64,000 bases of DNA. Origin: Thermodesulfobacteriota bacterium. GTDB taxonomy: Bacteria; Desulfobacterota_D; UBA1144; Nemesobacterales; JAJCZQ01. The stretch covers positions 256,001-320,000 of the forward strand of contig CBDBDR010000017.1 of assembly GCA_965203965.1 (NCBI GenBank). The letters are read 5' to 3'. The stretch's first letter is position 1; each line of letters opens with the position of its first letter. The translations under genes and the position numbers were made by a program. Below are positions 1 to 10,632 of this stretch, piece by piece. Below the pieces are notes generated by a model, which made no database searches, was not told where the DNA came from, and saw only the letters and a list, made by a program, of their open reading frames with translations.

Positions 1-143
1 AGCATGCAACGGCTACCTGTTGTAGAAACTGTATAGAGAAATGGCACGGAATGAAAAAGGGCAAAGAGTTGAATAGCAAGCAGAAAAGTTATATCTTGTC
101 AGTTATAAAGAGATGGTTGGAGGTTTACACCAGATATAGTTAA
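1..143 (+). CDS. DUF4186-family protein, 3' part (runs off window start)
   Basis: Frame from nt 3 reads HATATCCRNCIEKWHGMKKGKELNSKQKSYILSVIKRWLEVYTRYS* (TAA 141-143). HATATCCRxCxxKWH is the motif I recognise from DUF4186. Not in the ORF track. Confidence 0.75.
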   Translation, partial: HATATCCRNCIEKWHGMKKGKELNSKQKSYILSVIKRWLEVYTRYS

Positions 144-187
144 ATTAGTTATAATTTAAAACATATTACAATTTTGGGGTGCCAGTT

Positions 188-2350
188 ATGTCCGATAGTA
201 TTAAAAACAGTGATTCATTAGATAGGGTTGGAGAGAAATTACCCAATCTTGTTGCAAAAGAACTGAATGATTATCAGGAAGATATAAAAGAATACAAAGC
301 GGGGCAAATTGGTGAAGTAAAATTCCAAAAGATCAGACTTCAACTTGGCACTTATGCACAAAGGCAAGACGGGTTTCAGATGCAGAGGATCAAAATTCCT
401 TACGGTGGATTGACCTCTGATCAGTTAAGAAGGCTATCCGATGTTTCAGATAGATATGCTAATGGTTTTATGCACTTAACGACCCGTCAGGACGTGCAGC
501 TTTATTTTTTAGATCTGCAAAAGGTTCCCGACATGATGAGAGAGTTGGCTGATGTTGGTATTACAACTCGAGAAGCATGTGGAAACACGGTCAGGAACGT
601 AACTGCCTCACCTTTCACTGGGGTTTCACCAGATGAGACGTTTGACGTTACACCTTATGCCGAGGCTTTTAAGAATTTTATGCTTCGTAACCCGATCTGT
701 CAGAATATGGGGAGAAAATTTAAAGTTTGTTTTGAAAGCGACCCCAATGTGGATAATGCCGGAATAAGAATCCATGATTTAGGTTTTAGGGCAATGGTCA
801 GAGAAGTGGATGGAAAGAGGCAAAAGGGTTTTCAGTTGTATATCGGAGGTGGACTTGGCGCGTCGCCTTCACTGGGTCATTTATGGGGTGATTTTATTCC
901 AGTTGAAGAAATGATACCGTTGTCAGCCTCCATAATAAGAGTGTTTGACCGTTTCGGTGAAAGAAAGGTAAGGATGAAAGCCAGAATGAAGTTTTTAATT
1001 CGGAAGTTGGGCTTTGAAAAATTCAGAGAACTTGTAGAAGAGGAGAGAGGGAATTTAGAGATAGATACTTCATGGAACAGGTATTTAGTGAGTATTGATG
1101 ATCATGAAACTCCACCGGACAAAGAACATAATTTAGAATTCGGAACGACAGACATGGGGAATGACCCCAATTTTGCAGATTGGAAGGCTACAAACGTCTC
1201 TCCCGCGAGCATGGAAGGGTACTCAGTTGTAAATATAAGGATAAAACTGGGGGATGTTTTTTCTGATATGGGCAGGTTATTAGCTGACATATCTGATAAA
1301 TATGCAGATGGGAAATTGCGAGTAACAATAAATCAGAATCTTCTTATTAGATGGGTTCCAGACGAAGCAATTCCTTCATTATATGTTACTTTGAGAGATG
1401 TAGGGCTTGCTGATCCAGGGGCAGACTCTTTCCGTGATATAACTGCTTGCCCCGGTGCCGACACATGTCGTTTAGGCATTACATCTGCAAAAGGTCTTGC
1501 TACAAAACTGACTGATCTTATGAACAATGGACTCGGACAGTATAAGGAAACTTGTAAAGACTTGAAAATAAAAATATCAGGATGCCCTAATTCCTGTGCG
1601 CAGCACACTGCGGCGAGTATAGGTTTTCAGGGTGCTTCTATCACTAAGGACGGCAGGTCTATACCTGCAGAGATGCTTTTTGTTGGAGGAGGTTTTTATG
1701 GAGATAGCACAAGGCTTGCAATACCAATAGGAAAAGTTCCAACAAGAAATGCACCGAAACTGGTGGAGAGATTACTTGGGATGTATGAAAATGAGAAAGA
1801 GGATGGGGAGCATTTTGATCTTTATATGAGAAGATTAGGTCCCAAGGCAATTAAGGAAATTCTGAAGGAATATCTTGAAATTCCTTCTTATGAGGACAAT
1901 CCTGATTTTTACAGGGACTGGGGACATGAGGGAGAAAAGTTTGAATTGCAACAGGGTGTTAAAGGTGAGTGCGCTGGGGCAACAGTTGAAGAAAAAACCC
2001 CCACTTTTGCTGATTTTGAAAAGAGATTTGAACAAGCTCAAGCATTATTTGTTCATGGTGAATACGAGGCTTGTATTAGCGAGATTTATCTTGCATGCTC
2101 TGATAGTGCTCATGTGCCGCTATATGCGAAACTGGTTGATCCATTCACTCCCGAACAAACAATCTGGGAGTTTGAAAATATTATTGTAAGAACTGGTGAA
2201 GCTGACAAGAGGTGGATGAACGTCTCAAAAATTTTCAGCGATTATAGACAAGGTAAATACACGGCGGAGAATTCCATCAAATTTTTGGAAATTGCCAAAG
2301 AGTTCAGTGCAGAGTGCCAAAGAGTGCATGCTGAATTAGCAGGAAACTAA
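188..2350 (+). CDS. Ferredoxin-dependent nitrite/sulfite reductase hemoprotein (NirA/Sir type) with C-terminal extension
   Basis: HLTTRQDVQL and TREACGNTVRNV motifs; siroheme/4Fe-4S cysteines in ACPGADTC and ISGCPNSC. ATG at 188 (alternative GTG at 179). Confidence 0.9.
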   Translation: MSDSIKNSDSLDRVGEKLPNLVAKELNDYQEDIKEYKAGQIGEVKFQKIRLQLGTYAQRQDGFQMQRIKIPYGGLTSDQLRRLSDVSDRYANGFMHLTTRQDVQLYFLDLQKVPDMMRELADVGITTREACGNTVRNVTASPFTGVSPDETFDVTPYAEAFKNFMLRNPICQNMGRKFKVCFESDPNVDNAGIRIHDLGFRAMVREVDGKRQKGFQLYIGGGLGASPSLGHLWGDFIPVEEMIPLSASIIRVFDRFGERKVRMKARMKFLIRKLGFEKFRELVEEERGNLEIDTSWNRYLVSIDDHETPPDKEHNLEFGTTDMGNDPNFADWKATNVSPASMEGYSVVNIRIKLGDVFSDMGRLLADISDKYADGKLRVTINQNLLIRWVPDEAIPSLYVTLRDVGLADPGADSFRDITACPGADTCRLGITSAKGLATKLTDLMNNGLGQYKETCKDLKIKISGCPNSCAQHTAASIGFQGASITKDGRSIPAEMLFVGGGFYGDSTRLAIPIGKVPTRNAPKLVERLLGMYENEKEDGEHFDLYMRRLGPKAIKEILKEYLEIPSYEDNPDFYRDWGHEGEKFELQQGVKGECAGATVEEKTPTFADFEKRFEQAQALFVHGEYEACISEIYLACSDSAHVPLYAKLVDPFTPEQTIWEFENIIVRTGEADKRWMNVSKIFSDYRQGKYTAENSIKFLEIAKEFSAECQRVHAELAGN

Positions 2351-2366
2351 CTCTATTGGTGCAGAT

Positions 2367-2666
2367 TTATTTTTCAAAAAAATTTCTGAAAAATTTATAA
2401 ATTACGTCAATGAAGTTGGTAGCTTCATCTTCTTGTAAAGTTGCAAAGTCTTCTTTTTTTATTAGTTCCGATAGAACCTCTTTTGCTTCCTTGTAATGAT
2501 ATTCATGCACAAAGATCGGTTTGCTGTTAAACCCCTTGATTGCCGGACCAATATATAGCGAACCGAAATACTCGTTTCTGATATAGTAAGGTATGCTAAC
2601 TGAATCCAACAAACTTCTGATAACCGCGAGTTCTGATTCATCGTTTGGTGTGTATAGTTTCTTCAT
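2367..2666 (-). CDS. DUF2007 / putative signal-transducing small protein
   Basis: 99 aa with pattern ELAVIRSLLDSVSIPYYIRNE...IFVHE...EAKEVL typical of DUF2007. Confidence 0.6.
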   Translation of the reverse strand: MKKLYTPNDESELAVIRSLLDSVSIPYYIRNEYFGSLYIGPAIKGFNSKPIFVHEYHYKEAKEVLSELIKKEDFATLQEDEATNFIDVIYKFFRNFFEK

Positions 2667-2741
2667 TGCGTTTCTTTGAAAGATTCAATATGTTATTGCA
2701 GGTTTAGGTAATCCTTTCAGATCAATATGAAAATTGAATTG

Positions 2742-3182
2742 TCAGAGGCGGTAGCCACCTTTTATGTATTTTTCCAGCTCCCTGATCTGGAATTTCTGGT
2801 GTTTGATAATGTGTTTGACAACGTCACCTATTGAGATAATTCCGATGAGCTTTGCATCATCCATAACTGGCAAGTGCCTGATATGATTTTCAGACATGAG
2901 ATTCATACATTTATCAATTGAGTCGGTTGTAGCCACGGAAATAACATCTTTGGTCATCAAATCACTGACTTTGGTATCAATGGATGATTTACCCTTTAGA
3001 ATGATTTTCCGCGCATAATCCCTTTCTGAGAATATGCCCAGAACTTTGTCTTTCTCCATTACTAACAATGCACCTATATTGTTTTCTGCCAGTATTTTTA
3101 GACATTCGAACACGGTCATTTCAGGTGTAACAGATAAAATCTCTTTTTCTTTGACTTTTAGTATATCTATTACGTTATTCAT
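2742..3182 (-). CDS. CBS-pair domain protein
   Basis: NIGALLV, GIFSERDYARK, HIRHLPV and GIISIGDVVK motifs. Confidence 0.9.
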   Translation of the reverse strand: MNNVIDILKVKEKEILSVTPEMTVFECLKILAENNIGALLVMEKDKVLGIFSERDYARKIILKGKSSIDTKVSDLMTKDVISVATTDSIDKCMNLMSENHIRHLPVMDDAKLIGIISIGDVVKHIIKHQKFQIRELEKYIKGGYRL

Positions 3183-3408
3183 AAGTCTGATTTCCTCAAA
3201 ATGATTTTTCCTTTCTACGATTATACTTCAAAAATGCCTTATTAAACAAGTATGTACTATTTGTCGAAGTAACTTTATAATAGTTAGCGGGTAACTTTTT
3301 GCCTTTAATTTGTTATATTTACGTTGACACAACTTAAACAATAGGTTAACCAATATATCATGGGTTGGTAACAAAAACAGCCACACAATTTTTCAAGTAG
3401 TGTACACA

Positions 3409-4510
3409 ATGATTGAAGATCATAGGTCGGACGTAAGCCAGCTCCAAAGCAGAATAAAGTCAATTGGAGACTATCTTTGACCTCACTAATAAAAGTTTGA
3501 GGTTAAAAGAGATAGAGTCATTGGTAGGGAAACCTGATTTTTGGGATGATAAGAGTTCGGCGCAACTAATTTTAAGAGAACAGGCACGGATCAAAAACTC
3601 GGTGGATTCATGGAATGTTTTGCAATCGGAACTTGAAGAGGTAAAGACTTTGCTTGAACTTTGCAGTGAGTCCAATGATGAAGAGTTAAGTTCCGAAGCC
3701 GATGTGAAATACAATAAATTGCTCTCAAAGGTCGAGGAATTTGAGTTTAAGAAAATTCTTGGCGCACCTGACGACATAAGGAATGCAATTGTCTCGATAA
3801 ACTCAGGAGCAGGAGGAACTGAGGCACAAGACTGGGCAGATATGCTATTCAGAATGTATTTGAGGTATGCCGAAAGTAAAAATTATGCTACCAATGTTTT
3901 AGATATACAGGACGGAGATGAAGCAGGTGTCAAAAGTGTGACTTTCCTGTTAGAAGGGGATTATGCTTTTGGCTACTTAAAAGGTGAAAGTGGGGTTCAC
4001 AGGTTGGTGAGAATTTCACCTTTTGATTCCGGTAAGCGCCGTCACACATCCTTTGCCTCTGTGTTTGTGTCTCCTGAAGTTGATGATTCAATAGAAGTGG
4101 AAATTGAGGAAAAAGATTTGAGGGTTGACACTTTCAGGGCAAGCGGGAAGGGGGGACAGCACGTAAACAAAACTGATTCGGCCATCAGGATAACGCATAT
4201 TCCGACTGGTATAGTTGTTAGTTGTCAGAATGAGAGATCTCAGCATCAGAACAGGATTAACGCCATGAGAATACTGAAGGCGAGATTATATGAAGCTGAA
4301 AGGGAAAAGAAAAGAGAGTCAATTGAGAAGATGAACTCCAGTAAAATGGAAATAGGCTGGGGTAGTCAAATCAGGTCTTATATAATGCATCCATACAGAA
4401 TGGTAAAGGATCACAGGACAAATTTTGAACAAAGCAACGTGGAAGCCGTAATGAACGGTTCACTTGACGACCTAATAAAAAGTTATCTTTTGTATAATAG
4501 TGATAAGTGA
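3409..4510 (+). CDS. prfB: Peptide chain release factor 2, with programmed +1 frameshift
   Basis: ATG 3409 frame (MIEDHRSDVSQLQSRIKSIGDYL) ends at CTT TGA C (3475-3481). The +1 frame carries SPF (RISPFDS) and GGQ motifs. Confidence 0.97.
3466..3481 (+). promoter_or_regulatory. prfB +1 frameshift cassette (internal SD-like GGAG plus CTT-TGA-C)
   Basis: GGAGAC TAT CTT TGA C at codons 20-24. Confidence 0.92.
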
Positions 4511-4537
4511 GCAGATCAATCAAATTGGAGGTAAGCA

Positions 4538-5410
4538 TTGAAGATCGGTATCATAGGTAAAAGAGATACAAAAGAAGTTTATGACGTAGTAAGTGATCTT
4601 GTCAGGTGGTTTGAGGAAAAGGGAGTTCAATTCTGGGTGGACAGTGAGCTTGGCAAGAATATTAATGTTGATAGAGCATTGGAGCAGAATGAATTACCCA
4701 AAAAAGTTGATCTCATTGTTGTGTTTGGAGGGGATGGAACTTTTCTTAGTGTTTCTAATCAGGTAAGCAAGCATAATATTCCGATACTTGGATTTAACCT
4801 TGGAGGGCTTGGTTTTCTTACCGAATTTACCGTGAGTGAGGTTTTTCCGACAATGGAAAAAATCATAAGGGGTGATTATGAAATTGAAGAGCGGGGTATG
4901 GTGTCGGCATCAGTATATAAAGGAGGGGAAAAGTACGGCGAATACCAAATTCTGAATGATTTGGTCGTTCACAGTGGTGAACTCTCACAGATTATTGATC
5001 TTGCGATATTCATAGATGGCAAACGTGTTACGACTTTCAAGGCGGATGGAATTATTTTTGCCACTCCAACCGGTTCAACTGCTTATTCCCTGTCTGCTGG
5101 AGGTCCTATTGCATACCCAACGTTGCCGGTGATCTTGATCACGCCGATTTGTCCGCATATTTTGACAAACCGTCCTCTGGTAGTCTCAAATAATATGGAG
5201 ATTAAGGTCAAGGTGCTTACGGGTGATCAAAGTGTATCTCTAACACTGGATGGACAAAATACCGTAACCTTGGATTTGAAAGATGAAGTTGTGCTAACAA
5301 AATCCGAATCCAAAGTTAAGTTGGTTAAATCTCCTTTCAGAGATTATTTTTCAATACTAAAGACAAAACTTATGTGGGGTGAGAGGTATGGAACAATTAA
5401 TGAGCCATAG
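4538..5410 (+). CDS. nadK: NAD(+)/NADH kinase
   Basis: GGDGT, GGLGFL, ND and ADGIIFATPTGSTAYSLSAGGP motifs; GGAGGT RBS before a TTG start. Confidence 0.95.
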   Translation: MKIGIIGKRDTKEVYDVVSDLVRWFEEKGVQFWVDSELGKNINVDRALEQNELPKKVDLIVVFGGDGTFLSVSNQVSKHNIPILGFNLGGLGFLTEFTVSEVFPTMEKIIRGDYEIEERGMVSASVYKGGEKYGEYQILNDLVVHSGELSQIIDLAIFIDGKRVTTFKADGIIFATPTGSTAYSLSAGGPIAYPTLPVILITPICPHILTNRPLVVSNNMEIKVKVLTGDQSVSLTLDGQNTVTLDLKDEVVLTKSESKVKLVKSPFRDYFSILKTKLMWGERYGTINEP

Positions 5411-6314
5411 GAATAAAGAGAATTTGAAAGTTACAATTTCCCTCGCTCTCTTATTTATTTTTAATTTGTCTTGTTCAAAGACATCTGTCGCAGATGGTGT
5501 TGGCATAGGAGAAAATATGTCAAGGATCTGGGCGCTGGCTGATATTCAGCCGAGAAATTCAGTGCACAGAAATTCTTTTACACGGGCGATAAATGATATT
5601 AATGGCAAAGTGCCGGGTATAGATTTTGCTATTGTTGCAGGTGATATAGTGAACAGTCCTGACGCCGAGATATTTGATTGGTATATAGAGGAAAAAAGTA
5701 AATCCTATGTAGATACATGGTATGAAATTCTGGGAAACCATGACTTAAAAGTCGACAATGGAAAGTTGTTCAGGCAAAAATTACGGCAAGAAACTCATTA
5801 CAGCAAGTTGTATGGAAATTTGTTCTTTATATTTCTCTCCGATGAGATCATGGGAAAGCCAACAGAGATAAATGACAATACATTTAAATGGTGGAAAAAC
5901 CAGGTGATCAATAATCAAGACAAGATCATAACAGTGGTTACTCATGCACCGCTTGAAGGTAGCAAAATTCCATTTTCCACCTTGCGAGACAGACAGGTGA
6001 TTAGATCGGAGAGACTCGTAAAAGTTCTTAAAGAATATAAGGTTGATTTATGGCTGTCGGGTCATCTTCATTTGCCGCACGGATTTACGAATACGCTGAA
6101 CAAGGTAAAGAAGTTGAATAGCACTACATTCATTCACATTTCTTCAATTAGGCCAGAATTTTTCGGATTAAAGAATTCTCAGTCTCGGATACTGGATTTT
6201 TACTGTAACAAAAACAAGGTGGTGATTAGATCCAGAGATCATGACAGTGAAAAATGGAACAAAAATTTGGAAAGAGAGATAACGCTCTCAAAGAAAGTTA
6301 TCTGTGGTCCTTGA
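5400..6314 (+). CDS. Calcineurin-like metallophosphoesterase, probably exported or a lipoprotein
   Basis: ADIQ, AGDIV, GNHD, THAP and GHLH motifs; hydrophobic N-terminus ending NLSC. Start uncertain (5400 vs 5379). Confidence 0.8.
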   Translation: MSHRNKENLKVTISLALLFIFNLSCSKTSVADGVGIGENMSRIWALADIQPRNSVHRNSFTRAINDINGKVPGIDFAIVAGDIVNSPDAEIFDWYIEEKSKSYVDTWYEILGNHDLKVDNGKLFRQKLRQETHYSKLYGNLFFIFLSDEIMGKPTEINDNTFKWWKNQVINNQDKIITVVTHAPLEGSKIPFSTLRDRQVIRSERLVKVLKEYKVDLWLSGHLHLPHGFTNTLNKVKKLNSTTFIHISSIRPEFFGLKNSQSRILDFYCNKNKVVIRSRDHDSEKWNKNLEREITLSKKVICGP

Positions 6315-6331
6315 CCTAAGGGATTTCCATT

Positions 6332-8023
6332 TTAATTTTTAGCAAAATAATTGTAAAAATCATTCCTGAAGTAAGTAGATCCGTTTCTTTCTGCCCAAGC
6401 TGTAAAATAGACTATGTGAACCGGCATGGGACGCTTTAAATGAACTTCCTTGGGCTGTCCTGATTTGATTTCGGAGATTATAAGACTGGAGTCCCATTCA
6501 TCATCATTATTAAAAATGAATTCTGCCAGTTGTAGGGGTTTTTCAATCCGGATACATCCATGGCTTATTTTTCTGTCAGACTGGTCAAATAGCTCTTTAT
6601 CCGGTGTGTCATGTAGGTAAACATTGTGCTCATTGGGAAAAATAAACTTTATCCTGCCAAGAGGATTTGTTGGGCCGGGGATTTGTCTCAATCTGTAGTT
6701 GAAATTGTCGGGATCAACTTCTGACCAGTTTTGTGAATAGTTTTCCTGAACCGTCTCTGTTTTAAGCGATACAACTTCCAAATTTTCCTTTTCTATATAG
6801 TCCGGATCATTGCGAAGACTGGGTAGGGTCTCTTTTGCAAATATTTCGGGTGGGATGTTCCAATACGGGTTAATTACCATGAATTTTATATCTTTGCTTA
6901 TAATGGGTGTATTCCAATCGGAAGAACCGACTATGGTGCGCATTTCCAGAACAATTGCGTTATTCTCAACGCCGAAAAGTTTGAATGCTGGAATATTGAC
7001 CAAGACATATTTATTTCCAAAGCTCCTGGGCAATTTCCTCCAAATGTCCATGTTTGTTTTTATAGAGTTTATTTTTTTATCCACAGAGATATTCATCGCA
7101 GTAATGGTATCCTGACCGACGTCGCCATCCTCTTGGAGTCCGTGTCGTTTCTGAAATTTTTTTACGGCTGCTTCCAGAACAGTGTCAAAAACGGGGTTGT
7201 AAAGATATTGTTCTGTATCCAGATTGGAACGTAGTTTGAGGTCATCTGTGATGTGGAGCCTATGTTTGACATATATAACCCTGTCGTCATTCATGTCCAG
7301 CTTTAAAATTTCACCTGGAGGTACAGTCTGCCATCCACCGTTTTCCCGTATGTTTTCATATTTGGCGAGAGATTTTTTCAGTGCATGGTATAAATAGTTG
7401 TCAGGTAACAATACATTTACTGCACGATGAAAAATGTTTTCCTTTATTGCTTTGTTGATCAATGCGATGATGTCTATGTAGGATTCAATGTAGCTCTGCT
7501 CTATAAACTTGTTACTGAATTTGTATCTTCCGTATAACAAGTCGGAAAAATAGAAAATGCTGGAACTGGAGATTAGTAGATCAAGCTGTGATGCTCTGAG
7601 CTTTAAATTTTCTCCTTCAAGGTTTTTCAACTCGTTGATATTTCTTTCAATATCGTCCATGTAGTAGAAATTCGGATCCAGACCTTCCAATTTTGAATTC
7701 TCCAGAGTGTCTAAATAAGTAAGCAGGTGTTTTTTTGGTTTCATGTTTTTTTTAAGCCAGACAAACTTATATTTTCTTGCTTGATAGAGGTTGTTCAGTA
7801 ATGGGGACACTGGGTAAATTTCATTGCCAACGTTGATATAGTTTCTTGCAATAGCTTCTTTTAAGCTGTGTTGTACTCTCGATCGTATATTCATTCTCTG
7901 AAGAATTTTTGATTCAGTTTTTTCTTCTATAAGATTGGTTTCGGCTCTTGCATTACCTTTGTATTCTGCCGTGCAGAAAAAAAGCGATAAAGAGTATAGA
8001 GTTAAAAGAAGGTATTTTGTCAT
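6332..8023 (-). CDS. L,D-transpeptidase, YcbB/LdtD type with peptidoglycan-binding domain
   Basis: AVKKFQKRHGL..DG PG-binding motif, VNIPAF, NPYWNIP, PGPTNPLGRIKFIFPN, VYLHDTP, SHGCIR. Signal peptide from MTKYLLL (8023). Confidence 0.92.
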   Translation of the reverse strand: MTKYLLLTLYSLSLFFCTAEYKGNARAETNLIEEKTESKILQRMNIRSRVQHSLKEAIARNYINVGNEIYPVSPLLNNLYQARKYKFVWLKKNMKPKKHLLTYLDTLENSKLEGLDPNFYYMDDIERNINELKNLEGENLKLRASQLDLLISSSSIFYFSDLLYGRYKFSNKFIEQSYIESYIDIIALINKAIKENIFHRAVNVLLPDNYLYHALKKSLAKYENIRENGGWQTVPPGEILKLDMNDDRVIYVKHRLHITDDLKLRSNLDTEQYLYNPVFDTVLEAAVKKFQKRHGLQEDGDVGQDTITAMNISVDKKINSIKTNMDIWRKLPRSFGNKYVLVNIPAFKLFGVENNAIVLEMRTIVGSSDWNTPIISKDIKFMVINPYWNIPPEIFAKETLPSLRNDPDYIEKENLEVVSLKTETVQENYSQNWSEVDPDNFNYRLRQIPGPTNPLGRIKFIFPNEHNVYLHDTPDKELFDQSDRKISHGCIRIEKPLQLAEFIFNNDDEWDSSLIISEIKSGQPKEVHLKRPMPVHIVYFTAWAERNGSTYFRNDFYNYFAKN

Positions 8024-8115
8024 TGGTGTGTCTTTTGGTTTTTTGTGATAGTGAAAATACGTAATACCTGTTTTTTTACAAGTAAGTTTCAACGTTATTC
8101 ATACTGTCATTTGGA

Positions 8116-8853
8116 CTACGGCAGTATATCAAGTATTTGAACAAATTCAGATAGGGAAGCAATAGCGGGTGAACAAGAGATTTTTTGGTTGTGTGGATTT
8201 ATAAAAATACTGTCAATATTTGCGTTTTGAGCACCAATAATGTCACGCTCGTAGTCATTACCTACATAAACTGTTTCACAAACCGAAATATTCAGTTTGT
8301 TAATTGCGTATTCAAATGCTTTTGGGCTTGGTTTTCGCCATCCTATATTTTCCGATATAAATATTTGGTCAAAGTAATGCTTTATATTGTTTAGTTCCAG
8401 CAATTTAAGAGCCGTTACAGAACAATCAAAGTTGGAAAGTATAGAAAGCCTGTAATCCCTTTTTATAAGTCCATCAATTGTAGCTCTGTATTCTTCAGGG
8501 AATATCATAGAGTTTGAAAGTGATTCCATGTGGGAACCAGTAAACTCTTGCAAGATAAGTGGGTTATAATCACCAATTCCCATGTCAGCGAGCATAATCT
8601 CAAATCTTTTCCCGTTGGGATATTCTCTGTTATTATGATCTTTTAATTCCTGAAATTTTTTATAGCTGTTTGTAAAATGTCCATAAAACTCATCAAAGTT
8701 GTAGTTTTCAAAATACTTTCTGAACGTTTTAAATACATCTTTACCGGTTGAAAAGTGCTCTTTACCATTGAATTTGATTTTTGGAAGGAGACTTGGTTGG
8801 AAAAGTATCAATGTGTCAAAAAGGTCAAATATTACGTTGGAGTATCGTTTCAT
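8116..8853 (-). CDS. HAD-superfamily hydrolase
   Basis: IFDLFDTL, ILSN, WRKPSP and YVGNDYERDIIGA motifs. Confidence 0.88.
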   Translation of the reverse strand: MKRYSNVIFDLFDTLILFQPSLLPKIKFNGKEHFSTGKDVFKTFRKYFENYNFDEFYGHFTNSYKKFQELKDHNNREYPNGKRFEIMLADMGIGDYNPLILQEFTGSHMESLSNSMIFPEEYRATIDGLIKRDYRLSILSNFDCSVTALKLLELNNIKHYFDQIFISENIGWRKPSPKAFEYAINKLNISVCETVYVGNDYERDIIGAQNANIDSIFINPHNQKISCSPAIASLSEFVQILDILP

Positions 8854-8854
8854 T

Positions 8855-9235
8855 TCAACATGGTGAATTTGAGCGTTCAATTATGACCTCTATGATTTTA
8901 TCATGCAGTCCCAGCGGCTCGGTTATTTTACAATTCACACCTGGGAACTCACTGGAAACGGCGCTTACCATACCGGGTATATCAGTTTTTGAATGTCTCC
9001 CTGGTGCCAGAAAATACGGATGAACAATTATCTCACCTGCACCTGAATTGACGCAGGATCTAAAGGCTTCTTCGAGGGTAGGTGACGCGAGTTCCATGTG
9101 ACAGTATTCCACAACGTCAAACTTGGAATCAGGATGTTTTAATAGCTTTTCCTTAATTTTTAACAGCAACTCATTAGCTTCATCCACCTTGCTGCCGTGA
9201 TCAATTAGTATCAGTGCTCTTTTTTCTCGTAACAT
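8855..9235 (-). CDS. Short CbiX/SirB-type sirohydrochlorin chelatase
   Basis: IDHGS, HMELASP, HPYFLAPGRH..DIP and EPLGLH motifs. Confidence 0.88.
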   Translation of the reverse strand: MLREKRALILIDHGSKVDEANELLLKIKEKLLKHPDSKFDVVEYCHMELASPTLEEAFRSCVNSGAGEIIVHPYFLAPGRHSKTDIPGMVSAVSSEFPGVNCKITEPLGLHDKIIEVIIERSNSPC

Positions 9236-10408
9236 TTATTCTTGTTGAATGTTAATTCCAGAACTGCTAATTGCATTCAGTTTCAATGTTTCAAGCACAA
9301 TATCCGCACTTCTATAAAATTCATCCAGAACCAGATATTCATTAACTGTATGAAGTTCATACATGCCCGTTCCGAGATTTACGCATTCCAATCCTTTTTT
9401 GTTAAAATAGTTTGCATCACAGCCTCCACCTGTCGTATGATGCTCTATAGTGTAATTCAGATTTGAAACGGCTTTATCCACCAGTTGAGTGATCTCGGCT
9501 GATGAAGAAACATCCATTTTACGGTAAACGTGATTTATATCTATATCTACAACGGGTGTCTTTTTTGTTCCATTGATGCTAACGGAGTGTTGCTCCGCTG
9601 CCTGGTGAAAACAGTCACATATATGCTTAACCTCTCTGTCAAGTTTTTCATTATTATGGCTTCTTACTTCCCCTGTGACAGTTATCAAGTTTGGAACTAT
9701 ATTTGTAGCTGTGCCCCCCTGTATAATGCCAATATTTGCCGTTGTTTCATGGTCAATTCTGCCGATGTTCATATTTGATATTGCCTTGGACGCTATTTGT
9801 ATGGCGTTAATACCCTTTTCGGGACAGAGACCTGCATGAGCTTCAACTCCGTGTAACCTAATTGTCAGAATATCTGAAGAAGGACATTTAAGCACAAGTC
9901 TGTCCGGGGTGCTGCTGTCCAAAACAATCCCATGATGGGCATTCAAACCTGATACATCAAAGTATTTTGCTCCGAGTAATCCTATTTCTTCACAGATTGT
10001 GAATGCAATTTCTATATCACCGTGTGGTATGTTCTGTTCTTTGAGTGTTCTTATTATTTCAACTATTATTGAAACACCGCTTTTGTCATCTGCACCTAGT
10101 ATTGTTGTACCGTCGCTTTTCATTTTCCCGTTTTCTATCCACGGCTTTATACCTTCACCGGGGCTTACGGTATCCATGTGAGAAGAGAGAAAAAGAGCAG
10201 GAATTTCCTCTGAATTTCCCTTGACTTTCACTAAAAGGTTGCCGATATTTCCACCGACTTTACTTCCTGCATCGTCATATATGCACTCTGCACCAAGCTG
10301 CTCCATGTCTTCTTGAAGTTTTAACGCAACGAGTTTTTCTTTTTTGGACGGGCTGTCAATTTTGATGATCTCCATTAAATGTGCAGTCATTCTTGCCTTG
10401 TTGATCAT
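9236..10408 (-). CDS. M20 family metallopeptidase (peptidase T-like)
   Basis: SHMDTV, LGADDKSG, CEEIGLLG, GGGCDAN and ELHT motifs. Confidence 0.9.
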   Translation of the reverse strand: MINKARMTAHLMEIIKIDSPSKKEKLVALKLQEDMEQLGAECIYDDAGSKVGGNIGNLLVKVKGNSEEIPALFLSSHMDTVSPGEGIKPWIENGKMKSDGTTILGADDKSGVSIIVEIIRTLKEQNIPHGDIEIAFTICEEIGLLGAKYFDVSGLNAHHGIVLDSSTPDRLVLKCPSSDILTIRLHGVEAHAGLCPEKGINAIQIASKAISNMNIGRIDHETTANIGIIQGGTATNIVPNLITVTGEVRSHNNEKLDREVKHICDCFHQAAEQHSVSINGTKKTPVVDIDINHVYRKMDVSSSAEITQLVDKAVSNLNYTIEHHTTGGGCDANYFNKKGLECVNLGTGMYELHTVNEYLVLDEFYRSADIVLETLKLNAISSSGINIQQE

Positions 10409-10632
10409 GTTTCAATCTCCGTCGTTATTATACATGCTCTTACCGTGTGTTGAAGGCAATGTTGCTTAAACGAGGATTTTCTCCGTCCTTGGTTTTTTAT
10501 TACTTGAGTGTCATCTTAATTGTTTTAAGTTGGCAACACATTTATAATGTCCATCAGTTAAATAAAGATTTGCGGGTTTATGTTTACCCAAATCCACCAA
10601 AACATATAAAAGCTCAGGAGGAGATCTCAAAA

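Noticed and set aside
10447..10632. 62-aa N-terminal extension on PepA
   Set aside because: It spans the divergent promoter region; a strong AGGAGGAG RBS points to GTG 10633.
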